Assembly (NCBI GenBank): GCA_023265515.1
Contig: JAHFSZ010000005.1
Coordinates: forward strand, 1 to 55,735
DNA from: Verrucomicrobiota bacterium
Lineage (GTDB): Bacteria > Verrucomicrobiota > Verrucomicrobiia > JABWAM01 > JAHFSZ01
Reading direction: 5' to 3'
DNA: 55,735 nucleotides
Shown: positions 47,401-55,735 of the stretch, in pieces
Position numbering within the stretch: position 1 is the first letter of the stretch
Layout of the letters: each line of letters starts with the position of its first letter
The notes under the pieces: model-generated
Seen by the model: the letters and a program-made list of their open reading frames with translations, nothing else
The model's database searches: none
What the model was told of the DNA's origin: nothing
Translations under genes and position numbers: made by a program

Positions 47401-50400
47401 GTGACGCCTTGGCGCCGAGGCCAATCTTGCCGCTGATTAGCCGCGTGTCCGTGAATGTGCCGACGCTGGAGCCGTCAAGGTAGACCTGAAAGTTACTGCC
47501 GGTAGCCTGAACCTTCAGCATATGAGATACATTCGCCGAAATCTCGTTAATATTCGCCAGGTTCTGGACGAAGTCTTGCCCGTTGACCCTGCCGCCGTAC
47601 TTGATCCGCCAGAGGCCGTAGTTATTGTAGGTCTTAACGTAGTAGTAGTTGTCGTTGTTTTGATAGCGGAAGATCAAGTACGTCTCCTGGAAATAAGGGT
47701 CTTTCACCACATACTTGAACTTGGCTTCCACATTGTAATTCGTCCAACTGCTGTCGCCTGCCACAACCATGTTGTTGCCCTGACCAATGCGGTCGAGGCT
47801 CAGCTCGTTACTCGCCACCTGCCAGCGGCTGCAGCCATCCACCTGTGTCCAGTTTGCCATGCTGCCGGTGTTGAAGTTGTCGCTGAACGCCGCGGCGCCC
47901 GTCACCACGACGTCATCAAAGCGGGTCTCGGCCGGATTGGAGTGGGCATAACCCAGGCTTTCGAGCCAGTCGCAGGTCTGACTCACCTTGTCGTAGTGCG
48001 ACGGGAAAAGAGCCTGCGTCTTACTGGACCGCACCACGGCGATGCGCCGGGGAAATGCCGTTTCACGCGACAACGGAGTGTTTTCCCACCATTGATAAGC
48101 GTACAAGTCCTGCCATTGAAGATTAAGAGATGCGGTCTGGCCTTTCGTCAACGATGTGGGCAGCGCGGTGATCGGATTGATTGCCCACTCCAGCTGAGTC
48201 AACTGCTTCGCTTCGGCAACCTTATTGCCGTTGTCCTCGAGCCAGGCATGAATGATGTACTTGCCCCCGTCCAAGGTCGACTTGTAGTCACCATCCGCCT
48301 TGTTGGCGTCGGGAATGTAAAGCCAGAGCGTCTGATCGCCCTCGCCCGAAACCACCGCGTTGGCGCTGCTATAGATTTCATTCGCCACGCCGTCGCCGTT
48401 ATCTCCATCCTCCTGGAAGGCCGCCACCAGCGTTTCATTCTGCGCACCGAGTGTGTCGTACCGAACCTTCACCTGGAAAGAGTTCTGCCCCATCGGATGA
48501 ACCACGGCAGGAGCGTCGATGATTTCGACTTTCTTGATGGCATCGGTAGTGTACGCGCGCACCAACTCATGCCCGTTGGGTTGCAGCGTGAGGTTGAACG
48601 TTCCGTTGCTGCTGGTCGCGATGATTCCGCCGCTGGTCAGGTTCTCAATCGTTCGGCCTTGAACCAGCGTCGTCGTGATGGTCACCGTCTGGCTGGCGTC
48701 GTTAAGGTAGTTGTTTGCGGAAATCAGGATCGAGCCGTCGGCGGCTGTCCGGTAATCCACAAGAACATACTGGCTTCCTGACACGTCCAGGGCGGGATTG
48801 ATGCCGAAACCTGTGCGGAAGATCGCCTTGATCCAGTCATAACGCTGGGCCCAGGGGCCGATGTCCGGCTGGCCATCCGCGTTGCTGTCCGAGCTCACGT
48901 CACCGAGTGAAAAAGTCGTAATCGCCGCCTTCGCAGTCGGAAGGTTATTGATGACAAGGGCTGGATGGCCGTTGGAATGTCTGGCATACACCACGCCCGT
49001 GGTCGGCGTCGTCATGTTGCTGTACTTCCAAACGCGGAAGGTATCTTGACGGTTCTGGGTGAGAGGGGCGAGCGCCTGGGAAACCGTCGTAGTGATCGGC
49101 ATAAATTGGATGCCGAACTGCTCATTCTCGACAGGATCGTCGTAACCGGAAGTGTTCGTCGCATCAATGCCGAAGATATCGTTCATCTGCTGCACGAAAT
49201 CCGGAAGCGGATTGACATGGTAATCCTGCATGCCAGGCAAGTCGGCATCGGCATAGATGTTGACGCCGGCCGGAGTCACCTTGCGATGGATGTAGCTGAG
49301 GTCGCCCGGATAAGTCCGCATGTTCCGCGGCAGAATGAGGGCTGAATAAGTGCTGTAGTCGCGGGGCGTGCCGTTGTTCTTTTCAACATCCTGGAACATC
49401 TGCTCAGTGCCGGCGGTGTAAGCTGCGTCATCGAAATAGTAAACACCCTGATTCTGCTCGAAAAGTTCCACCGATCGGATCTTGGCTTTGTCCAAGCCGG
49501 CGGCTTTCGGGTACTGGGAAAGGTTCCACGTGATCTTCGTCCACTGGTTTGCAACCGATGCGTTGTTGGACCAAAGGGAGTTGCCGTCACCCCTGGAACC
49601 TCCGTTTCCGTTCACGTCGCGGAGACGGAGTTGAATCGTGTTGCTGCCTTGCGTGTCGTAGACCCAGACCGAAAATGCCGTCGCCCCGCTCAGGTTCTTG
49701 CTCTGGCCGGCGTCCGCCGCGTCAATCGCGACCGAGCCGCCTCCGTTGGCGGCGTTCATCTTGACCGAACGCGTGCCGCCATGGACGGTGGTCAGGTTAA
49801 TGGACGGGTCGGCCTGGTAAACATCCTTGAAGTAGGTTGAATTGAGCAGCTCGTCGCGCTCCATGAAGGTTGGCTTCAGACCGACCCGCAGAAGGGAACC
49901 GAAAAGCTGCTGCATGTTCGACTCGTAGCGGTTGTACATCTGATCGGTCGCGTGCGACCAATAGATCGCCACGTCGGGATCGCGATCCTTGGAACCCGCC
50001 AGCAGATGGATCAGCCCGATCTGCTCCATGAGGCCATAATTGTCGCGCACGACCCAATACGCCGGCTTGATCCGCCGGTCAGCATAGGTAATGCCGAAGC
50101 CTTTCTCGCGGTCGGTGATGTATTCACGGTCCTGCCACGTGAAAACGTGAATGCCGATGACACCGCTTTCCAGCGCCTCCCAAAGCGCGTTGCGGATGAG
50201 AGGTCCCTGGTTTTGCTCGTTGATGCCAGAGAAAAGCGTCTCGGACGAAGTGAAGCCGGTTTCAGAATACATGACAGGCAGGCCGGTCCTCCACTTGGCG
50301 TTGACGATGCCCCACCGGGCGGTCTCCAATTCCGAGCCAGGCAAATTCCACGGGTAATTGTTGATCGACCAGAAATCGAGGGGCGCTCCCATGTCCTTGC

Positions 50401-51388
50401 AGGCCTGCACGATCTTGCCCGCGTGTTCGGCGTGGTAGCGCCAGTCCTCATCACCCCACTGCGTGCCGACGGCCGAGTAGCTGATCAAGTGGTTTGGATC
50501 AGCGGCGCGCACGGCTTTCGCACCGGCGGCCGTGTAGCCGGCGATGCTGTCCTGCCGCCATTCCACCAGGTCCCACCAGGCGGGATTGTCCCGGTTGTAA
50601 GGCGTGGGCATCTGAACGTCATTGAATGAACCGTAGGACGTTCCCCACACCTGGTTGAGCGCCGAGATGCTGCCGTTGTAGAAAGTGGAAAGCCAGCTCC
50701 GAAACGCGCCCTGACACTGATCGTCGTAACCATCCTGCTTGCCGCTCCAGAGGCCAACATAGCCGTACTCGTTGCCGACAATCCAGGCGACAAGCGTCGG
50801 GTTGTTCTTGTAGCGAGCTGCCACCGCGCTCAGAAACTCCGTGTACTGCGCCCGGGCGTTCGGGTTCTCGAAAGAAATGATGTCAGAGCGCCAGCGGGTG
50901 GGCTGGTAGACCCCTTCGTTGTCATAGCCGGGCGGATGCATGGTGTACCAACCCGAATCCGGATTCTCGGCCGTCGATTTCGGAAACCAATCGGGCGGCC
51001 ATTGGTAGCCCGCCAGGGCGAACACCTTGATGCCCCGCTGGGCGCAGGCTTGCAGCAGATAGTCGTAATTGGACCAGTCAAACTGGTTGTCGCCTGCCGC
51101 TTCGATCTCCTTCCAGACGAAATCCACCCGAACGGAGTTGACATGCGCTTTGACCATCTCATCGAGGTCATAATTGATCTGATCGTACGTCTGCCAGACG
51201 CCGAGCGGGCGGTTCCATGTCTGATAGGCGATGCCGTGCGGCAGCCAATAACTGCTTGCAGTGGGGTCGTAGAAATAACCGTTCTGGATTCGAATGAATC
51301 GCTGATCATGGGCGTGGAGATGAGGGCACTGCGGCAAAAATACTGGAAACAGAAAAAGAAGACAGGATGACAGAATTTTCGTCTTCAC
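44453..51388 (-). CDS. Giant secreted multimodular glycoside hydrolase, clan GH-A (GH42-like catalytic domain) with CBM, lectin and Ig modules
   Basis: Signal peptide from GTG 51388; MVKAHVNSVRVDFVWKEIE, IVGNEYG (acid/base), MYSETG (nucleophile); GH42 trimerisation-like domains; several beta-sandwich modules. Confidence 0.85.
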   Translation of the reverse strand: MKTKILSSCLLFLFPVFLPQCPHLHAHDQRFIRIQNGYFYDPTASSYWLPHGIAYQTWNRPLGVWQTYDQINYDLDEMVKAHVNSVRVDFVWKEIEAAGDNQFDWSNYDYLLQACAQRGIKVFALAGYQWPPDWFPKSTAENPDSGWYTMHPPGYDNEGVYQPTRWRSDIISFENPNARAQYTEFLSAVAARYKNNPTLVAWIVGNEYGYVGLWSGKQDGYDDQCQGAFRSWLSTFYNGSISALNQVWGTSYGSFNDVQMPTPYNRDNPAWWDLVEWRQDSIAGYTAAGAKAVRAADPNHLISYSAVGTQWGDEDWRYHAEHAGKIVQACKDMGAPLDFWSINNYPWNLPGSELETARWGIVNAKWRTGLPVMYSETGFTSSETLFSGINEQNQGPLIRNALWEALESGVIGIHVFTWQDREYITDREKGFGITYADRRIKPAYWVVRDNYGLMEQIGLIHLLAGSKDRDPDVAIYWSHATDQMYNRYESNMQQLFGSLLRVGLKPTFMERDELLNSTYFKDVYQADPSINLTTVHGGTRSVKMNAANGGGSVAIDAADAGQSKNLSGATAFSVWVYDTQGSNTIQLRLRDVNGNGGSRGDGNSLWSNNASVANQWTKITWNLSQYPKAAGLDKAKIRSVELFEQNQGVYYFDDAAYTAGTEQMFQDVEKNNGTPRDYSTYSALILPRNMRTYPGDLSYIHRKVTPAGVNIYADADLPGMQDYHVNPLPDFVQQMNDIFGIDATNTSGYDDPVENEQFGIQFMPITTTVSQALAPLTQNRQDTFRVWKYSNMTTPTTGVVYARHSNGHPALVINNLPTAKAAITTFSLGDVSSDSNADGQPDIGPWAQRYDWIKAIFRTGFGINPALDVSGSQYVLVDYRTAADGSILISANNYLNDASQTVTITTTLVQGRTIENLTSGGIIATSSNGTFNLTLQPNGHELVRAYTTDAIKKVEIIDAPAVVHPMGQNSFQVKVRYDTLGAQNETLVAAFQEDGDNGDGVANEIYSSANAVVSGEGDQTLWLYIPDANKADGDYKSTLDGGKYIIHAWLEDNGNKVAEAKQLTQLEWAINPITALPTSLTKGQTASLNLQWQDLYAYQWWENTPLSRETAFPRRIAVVRSSKTQALFPSHYDKVSQTCDWLESLGYAHSNPAETRFDDVVVTGAAAFSDNFNTGSMANWTQVDGCSRWQVASNELSLDRIGQGNNMVVAGDSSWTNYNVEAKFKYVVKDPYFQETYLIFRYQNNDNYYYVKTYNNYGLWRIKYGGRVNGQDFVQNLANINEISANVSHMLKVQATGSNFQVYLDGSSVGTFTDTRLISGKIGLGAKASQLGVWEPTKGYYFVDDTERGTDSELLNLNWGYLKSFFSTVILPSVYVMNNDECYNLRAYSQSAQFAVIATDGGVGMLKPDGSNGPGRVESIFGVAPAATSLGFLQNLRVTDTNNYITQTYSNGQLIASNPNASATAWTVLTTGTKLADILNAGFSAPAMISNSIAKGDVSFQDFEPDNSTPGAYFYDAWQASLAFETGIVQAGSHSVKMTVGSGGGTIGLNLGAPGGTVDLSSIVGFYAWVYDTQDNNTVQIKFKDKWGNLSSMVWSPGHAIQNQWTQIYWPITPAAVTGVDWKQITSIELYEQNAGTYYFDTTYARTSDYGDRRSKAYVFNFGVDTFDQMTNQYQLIAQRVLDSATREIYKIKIQLKYATPSGDDFVLAEQDIWTLDGTGSQNVQFTLPSTTMTGDGNIYWIAFAYPWDASDPWLSQTGFYTSSNDPGFQSSIAGYGLLHAGATPLAMAGRTFDNWVAYNTRGQSLTLNFGLMGDGDNGDGLVNKVYGGSPMFDGVVDPNAWLEESAQNWVSNAVGPAQRPRLFLAFKDIASATSPKITMAFQLAGSNNQVMVEKTSDETTWTNIYSSPTAASSYTPTINLDTAAKYYRITLNDGGSPNDKITLNKAATLSGYPSAKDMRFENWLQSEVVNGVVDDFRPPYTPNYALVPDYDPGDPSFKDGASGGKYRWATWFTESSDLSTAPTKVSWAPRLKVEDPAFPTVFDPGTTVYVPVVWNDLDTIVMLTQWKPYQVSFPMTLRIFLQDVYLGVTYMTSDFLISTGSGNQMFPITIPANTPYGANYMWGAYIFDHKRPGIQPYEERIGMDDTFRFTPEGLPYEPETTITVGTVFSVYSDAGVPSDSTVFTWGVGSWDGSFTGETPPEGTECFQTTTIGFAGWGVFKVSGTYDLSSYASGHLKFWVKSTSTLKVEIESPGGITRTKFISSTAGQWQEISIAISSFTGVDPAHVSCPLKITAQTPTTFYVDSVRWTRD

Positions 51389-51539
51389 GGTTGTTGTTTT
51401 GTCGAAAGATTTTTGAGATCCCGGAAGCCGGCTTAACCCCAATGAGACACTCGGGAATTTAAAGAGTATAAATACTTAGTTCAGTTCCCCACGAAGCGAT
51501 CCTTGTACTATCCTCACCCCTCTTGATCTGCAAGAAATT

Positions 51540-54500
51540 TCATTCCGCCGCCAGCAGCTCCCGCGCCATTGTCTCTACATTCTGCAAACCGCATTCGGTA
51601 GCCAGCGCAAGTGCGCGTTTGAGTGATTCCGAAGCGCCATCCTTGTCTTTTCGTTCATTCCGAACCCGGCCCTGGGCAAGAAAAGTCCGGGCTAAATCAA
51701 ACTTTGCCCCAATTTCCTCCATGAGCGCTGCGCTTTTGGTCAGGTGACCATCGGCCTCATCCAGGCGTGGCGGCGAACCTGCCGCCAACACTCGACCGAT
51801 CGCACGCTCCGCCAAAGCTTCAGCAATGACGCTGCCCGTTGTTTTGGCAATCGCAAGAGCCTCTTCCCCCTTTTTCAGCGCCGAGGTCACGTCGCCCGAT
51901 TCAAGCAAAGTTTCGGCTTCAATCGCCGCCAGCCATTCTCCGAGCAGTAAACGACCACCAAGTTTTTTCGCAGCTTCATGAGCTGCGGTCCAATGTTTGA
52001 TGGCCCCTTCATAATCCTTCAATCCGGACAACCCCCAAGCAATGAATGAATTGCTGGAATATTGAAACATTGCGTCTCCACTATTTTCGGCAATGGCAAA
52101 TGCTTTCTTGGCATTTTCAATCGCCTCGGCATACCTGCCCGCAATCAGTTGGATCAGGGCAAAGGCAGTATGAGCCATCGTTTTTGCATTCAAATCTCGA
52201 CTGGCCTGCAATAATTTAAGCACGCGCATGATTTCCTTGGAACCTGTCGCATAATCTCCCAATGCGGCGCGAGATCCTGCGCGAAAAATATGAGAGTAGA
52301 GAATCTCGTGATGGTTTTTTGCCGCCTCCAGAAGCGGCACGGTTTGGTTTAAAAGTTCCAGCGATTTTGCAAACTGACCCTGCATGAAAAGAGCGCGTCC
52401 GATAACAGCCCCCGGAAGAGCCATGAGTTCCGGATCACCAAGCTTGGAGGCGACTGCAAGCACTTTTTGAAAGTGACCAATCGCTTCCGGCGTGCGTCCC
52501 CCAAGGTAATGTACTCGCCCCATCCAAAATTGAATGCGTGCCAGACGAATCGGATCGTTCAACAATTCCGCTGTGGCCTTGGCTTCGACAAGCAGAGCCA
52601 TGTTTTTTTCCGGTGATTCAGCCTGGGGTGACACACTCACCAACCGGACATTCAGATCCACCCGTTTCTGATGATGAACTTCGTCCTGAGGAAGATATTT
52701 AAGAGCTTCGAGCGCCCGACGAAAATGGTCCCGCGCCTCCGCGTAGGCAAAAATTTGTGTCATTGCGTTTCCAGCTCTGGCTGAGTATTCGAGAGCCTTT
52801 TCCCACGCCTCTCCACGGAAGTAGTGGTAGGCCAGCAACGCCGTAAACTCCTCGATCCGCTCGGCGAACACCGCTTCCATCGCCTCGCCCACCTTTTGGT
52901 GCAAAATTTTCCGCGCCGGTCCCAGCAGCGTCTGGTAGGCCACTTCCTGTGTCAGAGCATGTTGAAAAATATACTCGATCTCCGGATGCCGCGCCCGCTC
53001 CCGCACCAACTCCGCCTCCTCGAGCCGCGAGATCTGCGCATCCAGCCCCGTCTCGCCCCGCGCTATGTGGTCCAGGACACGATAAAGAAACACCCGACCG
53101 ATCACCGCCGCCTTCTGAATCACCCGCCGCGTTTCCTCCGGCAGCCGATCCAACCGTGAAAGCAGCACCGCCTGAAGCGTGTCCGGCACCTGAATCGTCT
53201 CAACAAGCTCCGTCGCCTTCCATTCCGCCCCATCACGAACGAGCGCTCCCCGCTCGATGAGAGACCGCAGCACCTCCTCGACAAAAAATGGATTCCCTTC
53301 CGCCTTGCCAATGATCGTTGCCGTGAGCTTCTCCGGAAGCGTGCTACCTCCCAGCAATCCCTTCACCAAATCGTGATTGGATTGCCGGGAAAGAGGCTGA
53401 AGCTGAAGTTCCACAAAGCGGTCGCGAAATCCGGCCAGTGCCGGCTCCAGCTTTTCCCAATTCCCCGCAGATTCCTGCTTCGGCCGGCCCATCGCGACAA
53501 TCGCCACCGGCGCCCGCATGGTCACCGAGAGAAGATGAATGACCAGATCCATCGAACTCAAGTCCGCCCAATGAAGGTCTTCGAGCACCACCACCACGGG
53601 TTTCTGCCGGGCCAGAAGCAGCAGAAATTCCTCCATGATCGAAAAGAGCCGCGTCCGGAACGCCTCCCCGGCCATCGCCCCCACCGCGGCCGCTTCGCTG
53701 ACCTCGAGTCGTAGCGAAAGCAGCTGGGCCAGGACCGGATAGGCGTCCTTCTCCTCCGGAAAAATCTCGGCCAGGCGCCGCCGCAAACTCGCCCGCGCCT
53801 TCGCCTCTCCATCCTCGTCCGCGATCCCCGCGTAACGACGCAGCAGGTCCAAGAAGGGGCCATAGCTCAGCGACCGGCTAAAGGCGAAGGAACGACCCTC
53901 GAGCCACGTCAGGTCCTTCCCCTCCCGCTGACGGATCTCCGCCAGCAAGCGGCTCTTCCCAATCCCCGCTTCGCCCAGAATCCTCACGACCCGCCCCTCC
54001 CCGCGCCGCAAGGCATCAAGGCATTCCGCCAGCCCCTGACGCTCCCGGTCGCGACCAACAAGGGGCGAAGAGAGCCCTTCCAGACCGCGCGCCTTCTCCG
54101 GTTGAAGTTTCGCGTGCAAAAGCTCATAGACGTGCAAAGGATCCTGCTTTCCTTTAACCTTGATCGAATCCATCTCCTGGAAAGCAAAGCCCCCACGCGT
54201 CAGCCGATAGGTGTTCCGGCTCACAAAAACCTGCCCCCTTTTTGCAGCGTCCTGAAGCCGTGCCGCAATGTTGACCGTGTCCCCCATCACGGTGTAACTC
54301 ATCCGCAAATCGCTCCCCATGTTCCCGGCAATGACAATGCCGGTGTTCACGCCGATGTGAAGATCCAGCGGCTGACCCAGCTTCTCGATCCATCGCCGAT
54401 TGAATCCCTGCAGCTTTTCCCGCATCAGAAGCGCCGCGCGCAGAGCGTTCTCCGCGTCATCCTCCAGGGCGATGGGCGCTCCGAAGACTGCCATGACGCA

Positions 54501-54932
54501 ATCTCCCACAAACTTGTCCACCATTCCTTCGTACTGGTAAACGGCTTGGACCAACTCCTTCAGACAGTCATTGACGAGAGAAGCCACCACTTCCGCGTCG
54601 AGCCGTTCCGAGATGGCCGCGAAGCCGGAGATGTCGGCAAAAAGCACGGTGACTTGTCGGCGTTCGCCTTCGATCCGTCCCAAGGCGCGCATCTTGTCAG
54701 CGAGTTGTTTGGGAACGTAGCTCTGCAACTGCGCGAGCAGGGTGTCGGGCGAAAGACCGGCCTTTGGCTGGGCCTGGGCCGCGGTTTTTTGTTCGGCGCG
54801 AAGGGACTCGAGTTGCGCGCGTAGAACCGTGAGCGTGACCTCCACCACAGTGTCCCCAAGCGTCGGCCTCAACGACTCTTGCGCCGCAATCGCGGATTGA
54901 AGTTGGGCAATCTGTTCGTCGGTCGATGGCAA
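51540..54932 (-). CDS. Class III adenylate/guanylate cyclase - STAND/AAA ATPase - TPR protein
   Basis: VTVLFADISGF, DKFVGDCVMAVFG, YTVMGDTVNIAARLQ; Walker A GEAGIGKS; Walker B VVVLEDLHWAD; C-terminal TPR helices. TTG start. Confidence 0.93.
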   Translation of the reverse strand: MPSTDEQIAQLQSAIAAQESLRPTLGDTVVEVTLTVLRAQLESLRAEQKTAAQAQPKAGLSPDTLLAQLQSYVPKQLADKMRALGRIEGERRQVTVLFADISGFAAISERLDAEVVASLVNDCLKELVQAVYQYEGMVDKFVGDCVMAVFGAPIALEDDAENALRAALLMREKLQGFNRRWIEKLGQPLDLHIGVNTGIVIAGNMGSDLRMSYTVMGDTVNIAARLQDAAKRGQVFVSRNTYRLTRGGFAFQEMDSIKVKGKQDPLHVYELLHAKLQPEKARGLEGLSSPLVGRDRERQGLAECLDALRRGEGRVVRILGEAGIGKSRLLAEIRQREGKDLTWLEGRSFAFSRSLSYGPFLDLLRRYAGIADEDGEAKARASLRRRLAEIFPEEKDAYPVLAQLLSLRLEVSEAAAVGAMAGEAFRTRLFSIMEEFLLLLARQKPVVVVLEDLHWADLSSMDLVIHLLSVTMRAPVAIVAMGRPKQESAGNWEKLEPALAGFRDRFVELQLQPLSRQSNHDLVKGLLGGSTLPEKLTATIIGKAEGNPFFVEEVLRSLIERGALVRDGAEWKATELVETIQVPDTLQAVLLSRLDRLPEETRRVIQKAAVIGRVFLYRVLDHIARGETGLDAQISRLEEAELVRERARHPEIEYIFQHALTQEVAYQTLLGPARKILHQKVGEAMEAVFAERIEEFTALLAYHYFRGEAWEKALEYSARAGNAMTQIFAYAEARDHFRRALEALKYLPQDEVHHQKRVDLNVRLVSVSPQAESPEKNMALLVEAKATAELLNDPIRLARIQFWMGRVHYLGGRTPEAIGHFQKVLAVASKLGDPELMALPGAVIGRALFMQGQFAKSLELLNQTVPLLEAAKNHHEILYSHIFRAGSRAALGDYATGSKEIMRVLKLLQASRDLNAKTMAHTAFALIQLIAGRYAEAIENAKKAFAIAENSGDAMFQYSSNSFIAWGLSGLKDYEGAIKHWTAAHEAAKKLGGRLLLGEWLAAIEAETLLESGDVTSALKKGEEALAIAKTTGSVIAEALAERAIGRVLAAGSPPRLDEADGHLTKSAALMEEIGAKFDLARTFLAQGRVRNERKDKDGASESLKRALALATECGLQNVETMARELLAAE

Positions 54933-55061
54933 CGCCTGCCTCCGCGTGAAAGGAAGGGTAAGTTTATCACCGGATCACACTGCGTCAACATCTCTTGACT
55001 CCTCCATCTTCAGATTTTTTTTTGCTTGCGTTGGAGGATAACTCAATCGAGACTTTGTTTC

Positions 55062-55718
55062 ATGAAAAGCCTCCTTTTCTTGTTCGGGCTGTTGGCTCTG
55101 CTTCCATTGTCCAACCTCAACGGCGATGATTCTCTGAAATCCGGACCGCAGCCGGCATCGTCGGACCAAGAGGATGAAAAGGAATGGTCGGCTGAGCTTG
55201 GGAGTGGTGTTCTATTTTCCAATGTGCGGGTTTCGAGCTTGGATGCCTATACTTTGGTCCCGATCGATTTCACCGCGAGTCTGGCCGTGGATGAGGTTTC
55301 CCTGGACGATTTCTGGGGCGGAATCTTTCGTGGAAATACCGAGTTCATCTTCCGTGGTTTTGGGATGGCAGTTACCACGGGGACTGAGTCGCGAATCGTC
55401 GGCTTCAACGTCGGACCCCGCTACAATTTTGTTCAGAAAGGGTGGCCCGTGGTCCCCTTCATCGGAGCCGACGTCGGTTTTGGGTTTGCAGACTCCCGGG
55501 GGAAGACCAATGGGACCCAGCAAGTGGGTTTAGGACAGGATATGAACTTCTACTTCGGCGTTGTTACCGGTATTCGTTATTACATAAATGAGGACTGGTT
55601 TGTTCGATTCACGGTGGCGTACAACCATTTCTCAAACGCGGGTCTTTCAGAGCCAGCCCGCCAGAACCGCGCCATTGACGCAATGGGGCCCGAACTCAGT
55701 GTGGGATCCCGGTTCTAA
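55062..55718 (+). CDS. PagL-like acyloxyacyl hydrolase / lipid A deacylase family outer-membrane beta-barrel
   Basis: Signal peptide, beta-strand pattern, YNHFSNAG motif (HxSNA of the PagL family), terminal Phe. Confidence 0.75.
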   Translation: MKSLLFLFGLLALLPLSNLNGDDSLKSGPQPASSDQEDEKEWSAELGSGVLFSNVRVSSLDAYTLVPIDFTASLAVDEVSLDDFWGGIFRGNTEFIFRGFGMAVTTGTESRIVGFNVGPRYNFVQKGWPVVPFIGADVGFGFADSRGKTNGTQQVGLGQDMNFYFGVVTGIRYYINEDWFVRFTVAYNHFSNAGLSEPARQNRAIDAMGPELSVGSRF

Positions 55719-55735
55719 TCAAAGACGCTGATCTC

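Noticed and set aside
1-55735. CRISPR array, tRNA/rRNA, transposase, integrase or prophage genes
   Set aside because: No regularly spaced repeat-spacer units and no recognisable RNA-gene or mobile-element signatures by eye. tRNAscan/Infernal were not run, so small ncRNAs cannot be excluded.

Overview
A ~60% GC bacterial chromosomal window, probably from the PVC superphylum (Verrucomicrobia-like). That placement is an inference from the long three-domain IspG, the PEP-CTERM protein and the FecR/beta-barrel pair. In order, the window holds: (1) a translationally coupled operon of ispH (3' end), a B12-binding radical SAM enzyme, a membrane protein, a wHTH regulator, two paralogous linalool-dehydratase-like (alpha/alpha)6 proteins and two small membrane proteins; this is the best candidate for an undescribed isoprenoid-modifying pathway. 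(2) An ECF-sigma/anti-sigma/Spy envelope-stress operon. (3) The housekeeping cdsA-dxr-rseP-ispG block. (4) Envelope genes: an OM barrel, a FecR-domain passenger-like protein, a PEP-CTERM serine protease and a ZIP transporter. (5) A tandem array of five ankyrin/modular membrane proteins, four with conserved ends and variable middles. (6) An assimilatory nitrate cluster (porin, narK, nitrate reductase, nirA, cysJ-like) with two sigma54-type promoters and a divergent LysR. (7) Acyl-CoA dehydrogenase, GT39 and a Ser/Thr kinase with a CBM-like sensor. (8) A ~2300-aa GH-A glycosidase with nested and apparently circularly permuted domains. (9) An adenylate cyclase-STAND-TPR protein whose TPR region has lower GC. 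(10) A PagL-like barrel. No rRNA, tRNA, CRISPR array or transposase was recognised. All family assignments come from motif recognition by eye, not database searches. Several starts were moved from the ORF track to a downstream ATG/GTG.
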